A DNA stretch of 64,000 nucleotides from Candidatus Bathyarchaeota archaeon (GTDB lineage Archaea > Thermoproteota > CALKCG01 > B24 > DRYS01). The position numbers and the translations under genes were made by a program. Shown piece after piece: positions 1 through 10,112 of this stretch. Location of the stretch: contig JAGTQC010000005.1 in the NCBI GenBank assembly GCA_018396535.1, positions 94,523 through 158,522 of the forward strand, read 5' to 3'. Positions within the stretch are counted from its first letter, which is position 1. The number at the start of each line of letters is the position of its first letter. The notes beneath the pieces are model-generated. The model did not search any database. It was not told the DNA's origin and saw only the letters and a list, made by a program, of their open reading frames with translations.

Positions 1-981
1 TTATATCAAGGTGAATACCCGCTTAGCAGTGCTTTATCGAGGCCGCTTATAGCATCTAAGTGTGTGGATATAGCTTTAAGAGAGGGGGCGGATGCCATAG
101 CTCATGGATGTACAGGTAAGGGTAATGATCAACTAAGATTTGAGATCACGATAAAGTCTCTAGCACCAGATCTTAAAGTATTAGCACCAGTGAGGGAATG
201 GGGCTTTAATAGAGATTGGGAGGTAGAGTATGCGTTAAAGCATGGCATACCTATAAAACCTAAGAGGGAGAGATATAGCATAGATGTGAATCTATGGGGT
301 AGATCGATAGAGTGCGGTCCACTAGAAGATATATCCTCAGATCCACCTGAGGATGTATTCGAATGGACCAATCCGCCATGGAAGGCTCCAGATAAACCTG
401 AAGAAGTCTCTATAAAATTCGAGGATGGTATACCTAAAGCTATAAACGGAGAGGAGATGGATGGGGTTAAGCTGGTATCCTTCTTGAATAATCTAGCTGG
501 ATTGCATGGTATAGGACGTATAGACCATGTAGAGGATAGGACTACTGGTATAAAGACTCGTGAAGTATATGAAGCCCCCGCAGCTACATGTATACTTAAA
601 GCACATAAGGATCTTGAAAAACTAGTGTTAACTGGACGCGAATTAAGGTTTAAGGAGCAGGTCGATGTGGAGTGGTGTAGCCTTGTATATACTGGTTTAT
701 GGATGGATCCGCTTAGGGAAGCTTTAGATGCCTTCATAGATACGATCGAGAAGAGAGTTTGCGGTGAGATAACTCTCAGAATGTATAAAGGCTCCGTTAC
801 GATTGTATCGAGGAAGTCGGAGTATAGTCTATACGATGTAGATCTAGCAAGCTATAGTAGTAGCAGCCTATTCGATCAGAGGTGGGCTGAAGGATTCATA
901 ACATTATGGGGTCTACCTACAATCCTCGCTAATCGGGTTTCTCGAAAAAAGTTATCTATCAGATATGCTTATGGGGGGTGA
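1..981 (+). CDS. argG: Argininosuccinate synthase (5' end outside window)
   Basis: Frame open from base 1 (LYQGEYPLSSALSRPLI); motifs AHGCTGKGNDQLRF, YSIDVNLWGRSIECG, GIKTREVYEAP. Confidence 0.96.
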   Translation, partial: LYQGEYPLSSALSRPLIASKCVDIALREGADAIAHGCTGKGNDQLRFEITIKSLAPDLKVLAPVREWGFNRDWEVEYALKHGIPIKPKRERYSIDVNLWGRSIECGPLEDISSDPPEDVFEWTNPPWKAPDKPEEVSIKFEDGIPKAINGEEMDGVKLVSFLNNLAGLHGIGRIDHVEDRTTGIKTREVYEAPAATCILKAHKDLEKLVLTGRELRFKEQVDVEWCSLVYTGLWMDPLREALDAFIDTIEKRVCGEITLRMYKGSVTIVSRKSEYSLYDVDLASYSSSSLFDQRWAEGFITLWGLPTILANRVSRKKLSIRYAYGG

Positions 982-987
982 GTAGGT

Positions 988-1161
988 ATGCAGATTAAAT
1001 GTCCTGAATGTGATGGTGATATACCGGTACCCGAAGATGTGGTTCCAGGAGAAATAGTTCCATGCCCAGATTGCGGATCTGAGTTTGAAGTGTATCTAGG
1101 TAGTGATGGAAGTATAGAGCTGAAACCTGTAGAGATAGAGGGTGAGGATTGGGGAGAATAA
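988..1161 (+). CDS. lysW: Amino-group carrier protein LysW (57 aa, not in ORF track)
   Basis: MQIKCPECDG...CPDCGSEFEV...EGEDWGE: two CxxC motifs and the hallmark C-terminal EDWGE. Confidence 0.97.
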   Translation: MQIKCPECDGDIPVPEDVVPGEIVPCPDCGSEFEVYLGSDGSIELKPVEIEGEDWGE

Positions 1162-1182
1162 AGTCTAGGGAGTAGGAAAGGT

Positions 1183-1992
1183 TTGAGGATCGTATTGAAG
1201 ATAGGTGGAAGCCTATTAGCCGAAGGGGTTGAAGAAACAGAGCTAGCCTCAGATATAGAGAGGATAGCTTCAGAGCATAGCTTAGTTATAGTTCATGGAG
1301 GAGGAAGGGATGTAACTCATGTATGTGAGCGTATGGGTAAGAAGCCTATCTTCGTAACATCACCTGAAGGATTTAGGAGTAGATACACGGATCTAGAAAC
1401 TCTAGAGATATACGTTATGGTTATGGCTGGGAAGGTTAACAAAGAGCTTGTAGCATACCTTAGGAGCAGAGGATTGAATGCTATAGGTCTTTCAGGAGTG
1501 GATGGAGGGATATTGAAGGCTGAGAGGAAGAAGAAGCTTATCATAATCGATGAGAGAGGTCGTAAAAGAGTTATAGAAGGTGGGTATACTGGGAGGATAG
1601 TATCCGTCGATACTCGTATACTAGAGTATCTATTGAATCTAGGCTACATACCTGTAATCGCACCTATAGCTTTAGGGACTGAGGGCGAAATGCTCAACGT
1701 TGACGGAGATAGAGCTGCAGCTTATATCGCTGGCGCTATGAAAGCGGATAGGCTTATCCTAACGACGGATGTGGATGCTGTATACGTTAAAGGTAAGCCT
1801 ATCAGTAAGTTGAGTCTAGATGAAGCTAAGGCTGCGCTTAAGGATATAGGGCCGGGTATGATAACTAAGATCTACGCATCTATAGAAGCATTAGCGATGG
1901 GTGTAGGGAGAGTACATATATGCTCTGGTAAAGGCGATTCCCCACTCCTCAAAGCTTTAGAAGGATTAACAGGGACTGTTCTAGAACGGTAG
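1183..1992 (+). CDS. lysZ: [LysW]-aminoadipate/[LysW]-glutamate kinase
   Basis: KIGGS, VHGGG, SRYTD, NVDGDRAA; directly after lysW. Confidence 0.92.
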   Translation: MRIVLKIGGSLLAEGVEETELASDIERIASEHSLVIVHGGGRDVTHVCERMGKKPIFVTSPEGFRSRYTDLETLEIYVMVMAGKVNKELVAYLRSRGLNAIGLSGVDGGILKAERKKKLIIIDERGRKRVIEGGYTGRIVSVDTRILEYLLNLGYIPVIAPIALGTEGEMLNVDGDRAAAYIAGAMKADRLILTTDVDAVYVKGKPISKLSLDEAKAALKDIGPGMITKIYASIEALAMGVGRVHICSGKGDSPLLKALEGLTGTVLER

Positions 1993-2003
1993 ATTACCTA
2001 GGC

Positions 2004-3155
2004 TTGGAGGATGTAGATGCTATGGGAGACTATACTCGTAGGGAAGCTGTGGATCTCCTCTCCCGCATGATAAGCATATATTCACCCACTGGTTATGAAA
2101 GCGAGCTAGCTAATTTCATCCATAGCGTATTAACAAGTTACGGAGTGAATGCTAAGATCGACTCCATCGGTAACGTAGTATCTACCATAGGATGCGGTGA
2201 TCCTAGAATACTCTTATGCGGCCATATGGATACTATACCAGGCTATATACCTATCAGGACTAGGGGTACACGTATATATGGTAGAGGAGCTGTCGATGCT
2301 AAGGGGCCTCTAGCATCCATGATATCCTCCTTCATAATAGCATCCAGGTATAGCTTCAGCGGTACGATCATACTTGCATGCGTAGTAGATGAGGAAGGAG
2401 AGAGTAAAGGTATATCTAGGATTATAGATGATGGTATCTATGCAGATTACGCTATATTCGGCGAACCTAGCGGATCCTCCAGTATCACTATCGGTTACAA
2501 AGGTAGTATGCATGTAAAATTAACGGCTAAAAGCGTTGGTGGACATGCATCGGCTCCGTGGCTATACGATAACCCTCTAGAACTCATATTCGAAGCATAC
2601 AAGTCTATAAAGGAGAGGATCGAGGGTTTATCTATCTCTGATGATAGATTCTATAGGTATAGCGTGTCTTTAACGATGGTTAAGGGTGGTGTAGCAGCGA
2701 ACGTTATACCATCAGATTCAGAAGCCTACCTCGATGTAAGGCTTCCCCCAGGGGCTACTCCTCAATCCATCTTAGAGATCGTAAAGCAGGAAGCTCTAAA
2801 TACTGCTAGCAAATATAGGAGGAGTAGGCTAAAGGTGGAGGTATCAGATTTAACCCCTCCATACGAAGGAGAAGCCGATTCTACACTAGTGGAAGCCTTT
2901 CGTAAAGCTGTGAAATCCGAGCTAGGTGTTGAACCTAGGCTTATCAAGAAGAGTGGGACGAGCGATATGAATATATACGCTAATAGAACTGGAGCCATAT
3001 CTGTAGCGTACGGGCCTGGTAATCCTAGATTATCGCATAGGAATATCGAATGGATAGAGGTGGAGGATTACATACATTCGATAAGGATATTGCTTAGAGC
3101 TTTATCATATATAATGGGTATAGGTGTAGGTGATGTAGGAGATATTTTAACCTAA
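2004..3155 (+). CDS. lysK: [LysW]-lysine/[LysW]-ornithine hydrolase (M20 family)
   Basis: CGHMDTIPG, GRGAVDAKGPL, DEEG, GEPS, GTSDMN, YGPG; LysW cluster context. Confidence 0.88.
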   Translation: MEDVDAMGDYTRREAVDLLSRMISIYSPTGYESELANFIHSVLTSYGVNAKIDSIGNVVSTIGCGDPRILLCGHMDTIPGYIPIRTRGTRIYGRGAVDAKGPLASMISSFIIASRYSFSGTIILACVVDEEGESKGISRIIDDGIYADYAIFGEPSGSSSITIGYKGSMHVKLTAKSVGGHASAPWLYDNPLELIFEAYKSIKERIEGLSISDDRFYRYSVSLTMVKGGVAANVIPSDSEAYLDVRLPPGATPQSILEIVKQEALNTASKYRRSRLKVEVSDLTPPYEGEADSTLVEAFRKAVKSELGVEPRLIKKSGTSDMNIYANRTGAISVAYGPGNPRLSHRNIEWIEVEDYIHSIRILLRALSYIMGIGVGDVGDILT

Positions 3156-4378
3156 AACATAGCTTTAAAGTTTCGTCTAGATAATTCATCCTCTATAGAT
3201 CTAGCTATAACCTCAGGTTGTACTGGTAGACCTATAAGCGTAGTCTTACCCCTATAGCCTACGCTAGAAGGCTTCACCTCTATTAATCCAGCGATGGATA
3301 GAGTCTTCATGTAGTTCCAAATCTGAGTATGCTTCTTAGGCTCTACACCGTATTCTTCACATACAACTCTATATGCTTCTTCTACCCTCCCAGTCGGGAA
3401 GTATGCCTCTTCAGGTGAAAACTGGGATATACGTGCTACAGCTAGTAGTAGGAGTAGCTCGTGATCTGCTAGATTCCTTATATTATCCCTGACAGGTATG
3501 ATACTGTATACTACGGATTGCTGGATTGCACGTATATGGATCGGTAGGACGATCCTAGAGCCTACACTATCAGCATACCTTCCAGCTTTAAGTAGGAGTT
3601 CGACAGCCCATCGTATATTACCAGATGATGAGCATATATCCGTTACGAGTCTTAAAGCTTCATCAGATATAGCTCCATATTTGAAAGCTAGATCTGCCCT
3701 ATACTTTACGATATCATATACCTCGCTCCTAGTATAGCTGTGTAGATCTAGAACATAGCCTTGGAGAGTTTCTAGTATAGGTGTACTTAGATTGTTACGT
3801 AGGGCTTCGATATCTCTCACGATGAGAATTAGGTGTACTCTCTGCTTAGATCCCATAGACATCTCGTATAATCTCGAAAGACTGATCAGAAGCTTCACAC
3901 CCTTCGATGTGAGTAGAGCCTCCACCTCATCTAGCGTTAATAGAAGATAGCAGTCGTTATCATCTAAAGCCTTCAATAAGAATGATAGTATCTCTTCGAA
4001 GGAGAAGCCTCTAGACGGTATATCCGGTATGATCCTCGATGCCACCGTAGTTAGGATCGTATGCGGGCTACCTCGAAATTCCTGAGCGTTAATATACACT
4101 GAATTGAGTCTTATACCCTTATCGATACATATCTTCTCGAGATCGCTGCAAAATTTACGTGCTAGCACAGTCTTACCTACACCAGTCGAACCTACGATAG
4201 TAACTTTAGAAGCCATGCTTCCAGGCTCACTTACTAACGAGCGGAATATCCTAGTTAGAATCCTGTATTCATGCTCCCTATGGGGTAGGCGTGGAGGTAT
4301 ATACGATAGATCTAGTGTATGCTCATTCTTGAATACGCTTCCTACTCTAAGACCTTCCCTGAGTATATCCTCGCTCAT
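3152..4378 (-). CDS. cdc6: Cdc6/Orc1 family AAA+ replication initiator
   Basis: YIPPRLPHRE, Walker A GSTGVGKT, Walker B LDEVE, C-terminal winged helix ending GYRGKTTLI. Confidence 0.92.
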   Translation of the reverse strand: MSEDILREGLRVGSVFKNEHTLDLSYIPPRLPHREHEYRILTRIFRSLVSEPGSMASKVTIVGSTGVGKTVLARKFCSDLEKICIDKGIRLNSVYINAQEFRGSPHTILTTVASRIIPDIPSRGFSFEEILSFLLKALDDNDCYLLLTLDEVEALLTSKGVKLLISLSRLYEMSMGSKQRVHLILIVRDIEALRNNLSTPILETLQGYVLDLHSYTRSEVYDIVKYRADLAFKYGAISDEALRLVTDICSSSGNIRWAVELLLKAGRYADSVGSRIVLPIHIRAIQQSVVYSIIPVRDNIRNLADHELLLLLAVARISQFSPEEAYFPTGRVEEAYRVVCEEYGVEPKKHTQIWNYMKTLSIAGLIEVKPSSVGYRGKTTLIGLPVQPEVIARSIEDELSRRNFKAMF

Positions 4379-4535
4379 AGATCATCGCTATATCTCGTAG
4401 TCGAAGCCTTTAAGCATAATAGGGCTAGATCGATGTAAAGTATATATTGCTAATCAAACTATTTTTTAATTTCTAAAGCTAAACGTTAACGCTTATAAAT
4501 CGATTTAAAATAGGATCGTATAGGTGTAACGGTTC

Positions 4536-4874
4536 ATGCAGAGTGATGTAATAACTGTTACAACTCAGTGGATCCCGGGGTACGAGGTTGAAGCAGTTTT
4601 AGGACTTGTATGGGGTATAAGCGTTAGAACTAGGGGTATGCTCGGTAGGTTTATCTCAGGTATAGAAGCGATCGTAGGTGGTAGAGGTTCAGCATACCTA
4701 GAGGAGCTGGATAAAGCTCGTATGGAGGCTCTAGAAGATTTGAAGAGAAGAGCTGCGAGTATGGGTGCTAACGCTGTATTATCGATAGATTTCGAAACTA
4801 CCGAGATACTAGAAGGTTTCATAGTTGTGACAGCTTACGGTACAGCCGTAAGGGTTAGAAGAGTATCGAGCTAG
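4536..4874 (+). CDS. UPF0145/YbjQ family protein
   Basis: IPGYEV...GLVWG...AR.EAL..L...A..MGANAV...D...VTAYGTAV. Confidence 0.9.
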   Translation: MQSDVITVTTQWIPGYEVEAVLGLVWGISVRTRGMLGRFISGIEAIVGGRGSAYLEELDKARMEALEDLKRRAASMGANAVLSIDFETTEILEGFIVVTAYGTAVRVRRVSS

Positions 4875-4877
4875 TCT

Positions 4878-5600
4878 TCACATACTATTAAACCGTCTAA
4901 CCTTCTCTACGAGTATCGAGAGTTTAGTCTCATCTAGACGGCTCTTAACCCAATCGCCTACACTACATACAGCTCTACGTACTCCTACCACATCGAAGCC
5001 TAGCTTAAACACCCTATCTATATCATCTAGCTTCAACCCGCCTGCTAATGCTTTAATCAACCCTCTAGATGAAGCTTTATCAGCGAATGAGGTAAGATAA
5101 CTCGTATCCAAGTAGTCGAATACATTATTCCCACCCTTAGTCTTCACATCTATCATCACCCCGTCAGCACCGGCATCCGCTGCGATATCAACTATCTTCA
5201 TAGGCTCTAATGATCTTATCCTAGCGTAATCCGCATAGCCTACTAGAACTATCCTAGTATCAGAGGAAACCTCCCTCACAGCTATACATATCTCCCTAGC
5301 AAGTTTCAACCCATCTCTAACCCTCGATACACCGTATAAGCCTGCCTTAACATAATTTATACCTATAGTAGCCGCGCCACGGGCAGCTAACGAAGCCGTA
5401 CCGGGTAGATTAGGTAGATCACCTATAGTAGCACTAACCTCTATACCTCTAGGTACTATCATCCTAATATCCCTTATCACTCTAGGTATACTCGCACCTA
5501 GAGCCCCCTCCCTAGGATTCTTAACATCGATTATATCGACGCTATACCTGGAAGCGATCTTAGCCTCACGTCGATCTACTACGCTTACGAGGAGCTTCAA
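4878..5600 (-). CDS. mfnB: (5-formylfuran-3-yl)methyl phosphate synthase (methanofuran biosynthesis)
   Basis: MKLLVSV...DIIDVKNPREGALGA, VSATIGDLP..PGT, YVKAGL, ALAG.L, DVVGVRRAVC. Confidence 0.88.
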   Translation of the reverse strand: MKLLVSVVDRREAKIASRYSVDIIDVKNPREGALGASIPRVIRDIRMIVPRGIEVSATIGDLPNLPGTASLAARGAATIGINYVKAGLYGVSRVRDGLKLAREICIAVREVSSDTRIVLVGYADYARIRSLEPMKIVDIAADAGADGVMIDVKTKGGNNVFDYLDTSYLTSFADKASSRGLIKALAGGLKLDDIDRVFKLGFDVVGVRRAVCSVGDWVKSRLDETKLSILVEKVRRFNSM

Positions 5601-6837
5601 TAGACGCCACCCCAGCCTTCCCTAATAGAAACTCTATCTCAGAGCTCGTTAGATCGTAGCTCTTCAAGAGTTTTACACCGTAATCTGGGTTACTCCTTAG
5701 GATGAATAATATGTATGGTATGATATCGGATAAAGCAGTCCTTCTAGATGTTAGGCATCTAGAAGCTATTTTAGAAGCTATAGAGTTCATAACCTCCCGT
5801 TCACTCTTGATCGATGATAAGAACTTTATCCTTTCAGGGAAATGGAATGGGGTCCACTTCGATTTAGTAGCCTCCTTAGCGACAGCCACCCCGCCGGTCA
5901 TAAGCTCTGTAACGAAGGATAGTAGCTCCCATCTCTGAAGAAGCTTAACCCTAGATCTAAATAGATCTGCTTTAGCTAGATTCTCCATAGCTATAGCTAA
6001 ATCCCTAGGATCTGTAAGCTGCGAGGGTGTATTCTCGTATATCCATTCAAACATCATATCTGGATCTACATCTATAAGCGATAATGCTCTTCTAGCAGTA
6101 GCTACAGTCTTAGCGTTAAATATCATAGATAATACATCGAATATCGGTTCTATACGATTCCTATATGGAAGCCATTTAACATCATCTATCGTTATCCTCC
6201 TCCTACCCTGGCTTACAGTTTGCAGATCGTTTATAGCAGATCTTAGATCACCCTCAGATCTTTTCGCTATGAATTCTAAAGCCTCCTTATCTACCTCTAT
6301 ACCCTCCCTCAAACATATCTCTCTAAGCTTCTTCACAACCTCCCACTGTTTAAGCCTCTTAAATTCTAGCATAAGGCATACCGATCTTAGGGGTGCAAGC
6401 TTAGGATCCCATGCATCGTTAGCTGTTAGAACTATAGGTTGACGAGTCTTCTCTAAAACCTCTACTATAGCCTTCACTCCCCCCTTATCCTCCTCACTCA
6501 TACCATCAACCTCATCTAACAATATGATACGTCTACTCATAGAACCCATAAGAGTACCCTGGGATGCTGCTACACCTACGATACGCTTTATTATAGACTC
6601 ACCCCTCTGATCGCTTGCATTCAATTCGACGAGATCGTATCCATATGTTCTAGCAGCAGCTTCTACTAGACTTGTTTTACCCACACCTGCTGGACCGTAT
6701 AGTAGAGTTGCCTTATACGTCGGCTTACCCTTAACCCAACTCTCCAGCCACTCGATAAACTTCTTCTTAGACTCTTCGTTACCTACAACCTCCTCTATCC
6801 TCTTCGGACGATACTTTATTATCCAAGGTATACTCAA
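5566..6837 (-). CDS. rfcL: Replication factor C large subunit
   Basis: PWIIKYRP, GPAGVGKT, ELNASDQR, LDEVDG, GDLRSAINDLQ. Confidence 0.95.
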   Translation of the reverse strand: MSIPWIIKYRPKRIEEVVGNEESKKKFIEWLESWVKGKPTYKATLLYGPAGVGKTSLVEAAARTYGYDLVELNASDQRGESIIKRIVGVAASQGTLMGSMSRRIILLDEVDGMSEEDKGGVKAIVEVLEKTRQPIVLTANDAWDPKLAPLRSVCLMLEFKRLKQWEVVKKLREICLREGIEVDKEALEFIAKRSEGDLRSAINDLQTVSQGRRRITIDDVKWLPYRNRIEPIFDVLSMIFNAKTVATARRALSLIDVDPDMMFEWIYENTPSQLTDPRDLAIAMENLAKADLFRSRVKLLQRWELLSFVTELMTGGVAVAKEATKSKWTPFHFPERIKFLSSIKSEREVMNSIASKIASRCLTSRRTALSDIIPYILFILRSNPDYGVKLLKSYDLTSSEIEFLLGKAGVASIEAPRKRSRST

Positions 6838-7811
6838 CCCGAACCCCTACCTACTAACGCTAACCTTGCTAGGAATGCTGATATCTGAACCTCTTCATCA
6901 GCTCCTTGAGCTATCCTAAAATCTATCTCACCTAGATAGTTTATAAGATCCACCTTCTGCTTCTCGCTTATACTAAGCTCGTATACGCTGGAGTGCATCC
7001 TCTTAACTATATCGCTACCCGCATACCCCCTCTGGTATAGAAGCATCCTGAGGAGCATTCTACTCTTAGTGAAATCCCCTTTAAGCGCATACTCCATCAT
7101 CTCGGCAACCTCCCTAGGATGCACCCATCCTACTACATCGTACACTACATCCGCTACTATAGGTTTACCTAAAGATGCAGAAGCTTGAAGAATATTAACA
7201 GCTTTCCTAAGATCACCCTCAGCCACCTCATATATAGCTTTCGCCCCATCCTCGGTGAGTTGAACCCTTTCAGCATTGCATATACGCTTAAGATACGCAT
7301 AGGTATCCTCGAAGGAGAGGGGTGTAAACCTGAATATAGCAGTCCTAGATTGTATAGGCTCTATTATCCTATTACTATAGTTGCAGCTCAGTATGAAGCG
7401 GCATGTATCGGTATACCTCTCCATAGTCCTCCTTAAAGCTTGCTGAGCATCAGCTGTAAGATTATCAGCTTCATCCAATACGAGTATCTTAAAAGGTACC
7501 TCTGTAAGCGTAGCTGATCTAGCAAAATTCTTAACTGTAGTCCTTATAACATCTATACCACGCTCATCTGAAGCGTTAAGCTCTAAGAAGTTCTCACGGT
7601 AATTCTCACCGAAAAGGTCGTGTGCCAAGCAGTGTGCAGCCGTCGTTTTACCAGTACCAGGTGGACCTGCAAAGAGACAGTGAGGCATAGTCTTCGTTTC
7701 CACAAACTTTTTAAGTCTCTCAACTATCTCCTTCTGGTTAACCATCTCATCGAGCGTCCTAGGCCTATACTTTTCAGCCCATAGCTCATACTCCTTAGCG
7801 TAGAGGCTCAT
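6834..7811 (-). CDS. rfcS: Replication factor C small subunit (start probably ATG 7811, not 7883)
   Basis: LWAEKYRP, GPPGTGKT, ELNASDERG, LDEAD, AQQALRRTME, IIEPIQSR. Confidence 0.95.
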   Translation of the reverse strand: MSLYAKEYELWAEKYRPRTLDEMVNQKEIVERLKKFVETKTMPHCLFAGPPGTGKTTAAHCLAHDLFGENYRENFLELNASDERGIDVIRTTVKNFARSATLTEVPFKILVLDEADNLTADAQQALRRTMERYTDTCRFILSCNYSNRIIEPIQSRTAIFRFTPLSFEDTYAYLKRICNAERVQLTEDGAKAIYEVAEGDLRKAVNILQASASLGKPIVADVVYDVVGWVHPREVAEMMEYALKGDFTKSRMLLRMLLYQRGYAGSDIVKRMHSSVYELSISEKQKVDLINYLGEIDFRIAQGADEEVQISAFLARLALVGRGSG

Positions 7812-7935
7812 AACCCGATTAAACAGATGAACGTTTAGAACGATATAAACTATTAACCGCCATGAAGTAAAAAACCGGTACAACCATACAATGTTTATTC
7901 GCGTATAGGTTTAAACTAGGCTAGTATACATGGAT

Positions 7936-9078
7936 CTACAGATTTTTCAAGAATGCTGTACTTATATATCCTCTTTTATGGAGGATAAAGATCGTAGCTA
8001 ACGATAGAGCAGCTGCGGTTATCGTGATAACAATTATCGATGGAAGATTATACTCGGATACCGTTACTCTAATCCTTTCCGTCTCATAGGTTAAGCCTTG
8101 AGATGAGTATCGAGCCCATATATACGCTACTCCTGTTCTAGTAGGTTTAAATCTATAGGAGAAGCTTCCATCTTCTTTAACAGTGATATCAGCTATAGGC
8201 TCCCCATTCACTATCAAAGTAACATTCTCCCCGCTTAATCCTACGTTATGGATGCGGAGGATTCCCTTCAATCCAACCTCACCCCCGATAGCTACATCCT
8301 GGCTATCCGCTTCTAGCTTAAACTCCGGTTTACCCCATAGAATCTCTATCGAATATACGCTAGGCGGATAGTATATATAAGACCAGTATTCATCCATATG
8401 CTTCGATACTATAGGTTTCAGATACATACTACCATTTAATAGGCATACGAATATACCATCCGCAAGATCGCGTGGTATAGATATATTAGATGCTTCGCTA
8501 CACCTCCCCCCTCCCCTAATCGTTAATAATATGGAATCGGATCTTATTATCGGATCCGATATCAGCGTGGAGTTTGTATATATCTTCAAAACATAGAGGC
8601 AACCTCTATCCCTATACCTATACTCATAATACGTTAAATCTGATATACCGAACGGATTCTTAACTATATGTAGCTCTACCCTATCTATAGACTCTAAGTT
8701 TCTAAACGTCCAGACAATTCTATGTCTTCCATCTACTCTTATAGGTTTACTCATTCCATCAGATGCATCCGGCACCGCTAGCTCTACCATCATCGTATAA
8801 TTCGAGGAGCCTTCTAGAGTTAATGTCATCCCATCCATAGGCGTTATGTACGAATAAACTGAAAGAATCCTTAGCAGATTATATGGATCTAAATCCATAA
8901 GCCTAACTCCTGAAACATACATACTCAAATAGCCTTCTTCTAGCTTAAAATCAACTTCTAAACTCCTAATAGATATCTTCGTAGGATACCCTAGGATATC
9001 TGTTAAGATACCATAATGCCGTGTACTACCGCGTATCCATGATGTAAGCCATAAAATCTCTGTTATACATCTATCCAT
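7936..9078 (-). CDS. Hypothetical cell-surface protein with Ig-like segment and C-terminal membrane anchor (possibly the 3' half of a split gene)
   Basis: Beta-rich Ig-like segment (GENVTLIVNG...DGSFSYRF), then hydrophobic helix and basic HKRG tail; no signal peptide. Confidence 0.55.
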   Translation of the reverse strand: MDRCITEILWLTSWIRGSTRHYGILTDILGYPTKISIRSLEVDFKLEEGYLSMYVSGVRLMDLDPYNLLRILSVYSYITPMDGMTLTLEGSSNYTMMVELAVPDASDGMSKPIRVDGRHRIVWTFRNLESIDRVELHIVKNPFGISDLTYYEYRYRDRGCLYVLKIYTNSTLISDPIIRSDSILLTIRGGGRCSEASNISIPRDLADGIFVCLLNGSMYLKPIVSKHMDEYWSYIYYPPSVYSIEILWGKPEFKLEADSQDVAIGGEVGLKGILRIHNVGLSGENVTLIVNGEPIADITVKEDGSFSYRFKPTRTGVAYIWARYSSQGLTYETERIRVTVSEYNLPSIIVITITAAALSLATIFILHKRGYISTAFLKNL

Positions 9079-9992
9079 TCCCCATAGAATTCGAAGCAGC
9101 CTGAAATACTGGTGACACCGTTTTCCGATCTACAATTGATCCACCCGGTATTAATCCATGCACACCTCAACTCAGATGCCTTATCTATAGCATAGAAGTA
9201 TAGATCGAGTATACTGCTCAAGATCGGATACCGTAAACTCTTTAGAATAAAATCTAGTATAGGGATATCTAGATCTGATTCGAGAAACTTTCTAAGCCCT
9301 TTCAAACTACCTGAAACCTCAGATGATAGATGGAGGGTGCACCCCTCAGATCCTATACCATAGTCTTTAAGCTGTGTTTTAAGTGAAAGCATCCTCTCTG
9401 AAGATATGCTTACGATAGCTTCATACAGATCGATCATGGTAGGTATAATCTTTATGAACCCTTCTACTATAGCTCTATCTAACCCGATAAGGGTATAGCT
9501 TAACGATACGGTTGTATTGAAGTATATTTCGAAGAAACGTGTGATCTTCACATACCTACCCGTACCTTTAGATGTGATGTTTAATCCATCACCCCTCAGT
9601 AGATCTATACTAAGTAGGAGTCTAAGCTCATCCCTACCCCCTTCAATCCTACATTCTAGATCGAGTGTATGGTTTATAGCCGGTATGAAATCTCTAGCAA
9701 ATACTAGTAAAGCATCGATCATAAATCTATAGCAGCTATCCTCAGCTTCGCTTCTAATCGAAAACATTAATCTATCAAATCCATCTATACTAGATCGATT
9801 ACCTTCAGCTCTAATCTTGACGCCTATCGATCCATCTGGATAGAATCTAAATGCTAGATCACCTACAAGCTCTATCGAATAACTTGGTAAACCCGATATG
9901 TAGCAGCTGGATGGCGATAGGTATGCGGAGTTAACATACACTAGTATTAACGATATAAGTATAAGTCTAGGTATACCTTCAACTATATTCAT
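9063..9992 (-). CDS. Hypothetical exported protein with N-terminal signal/TM segment (possibly the 5' half of a split gene)
   Basis: 309-aa ORF, hydrophobic N-terminus PRLILISLILVYVNSAY; overlaps next ORF by 16 nt. Confidence 0.55.
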   Translation of the reverse strand: MNIVEGIPRLILISLILVYVNSAYLSPSSCYISGLPSYSIELVGDLAFRFYPDGSIGVKIRAEGNRSSIDGFDRLMFSIRSEAEDSCYRFMIDALLVFARDFIPAINHTLDLECRIEGGRDELRLLLSIDLLRGDGLNITSKGTGRYVKITRFFEIYFNTTVSLSYTLIGLDRAIVEGFIKIIPTMIDLYEAIVSISSERMLSLKTQLKDYGIGSEGCTLHLSSEVSGSLKGLRKFLESDLDIPILDFILKSLRYPILSSILDLYFYAIDKASELRCAWINTGWINCRSENGVTSISGCFEFYGEWIDV

Positions 9993-10112
9993 AGATACGT
10001 GTTAATACTCGTTAAGCAGCTTCTATCTTAAGCTTATAGCACTATTCGACTACTAGAAGAAATCATCGAGGCAGAGTATAGTATGCTAGGAGGGTTAAAA
10101 TTCTTTATAGAG

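Noticed and set aside
4379-4535. Replication origin next to cdc6
   Set aside because: AT-rich but short, with no recognisable ORB repeats; explained by divergent promoters
9040-9085. BHB intron explaining the split surface gene
   Set aside because: A GAUGUA/UACAUC stem exists, but no canonical BHB forms, and the best 12-nt excision neither removes the stop nor fixes the frame
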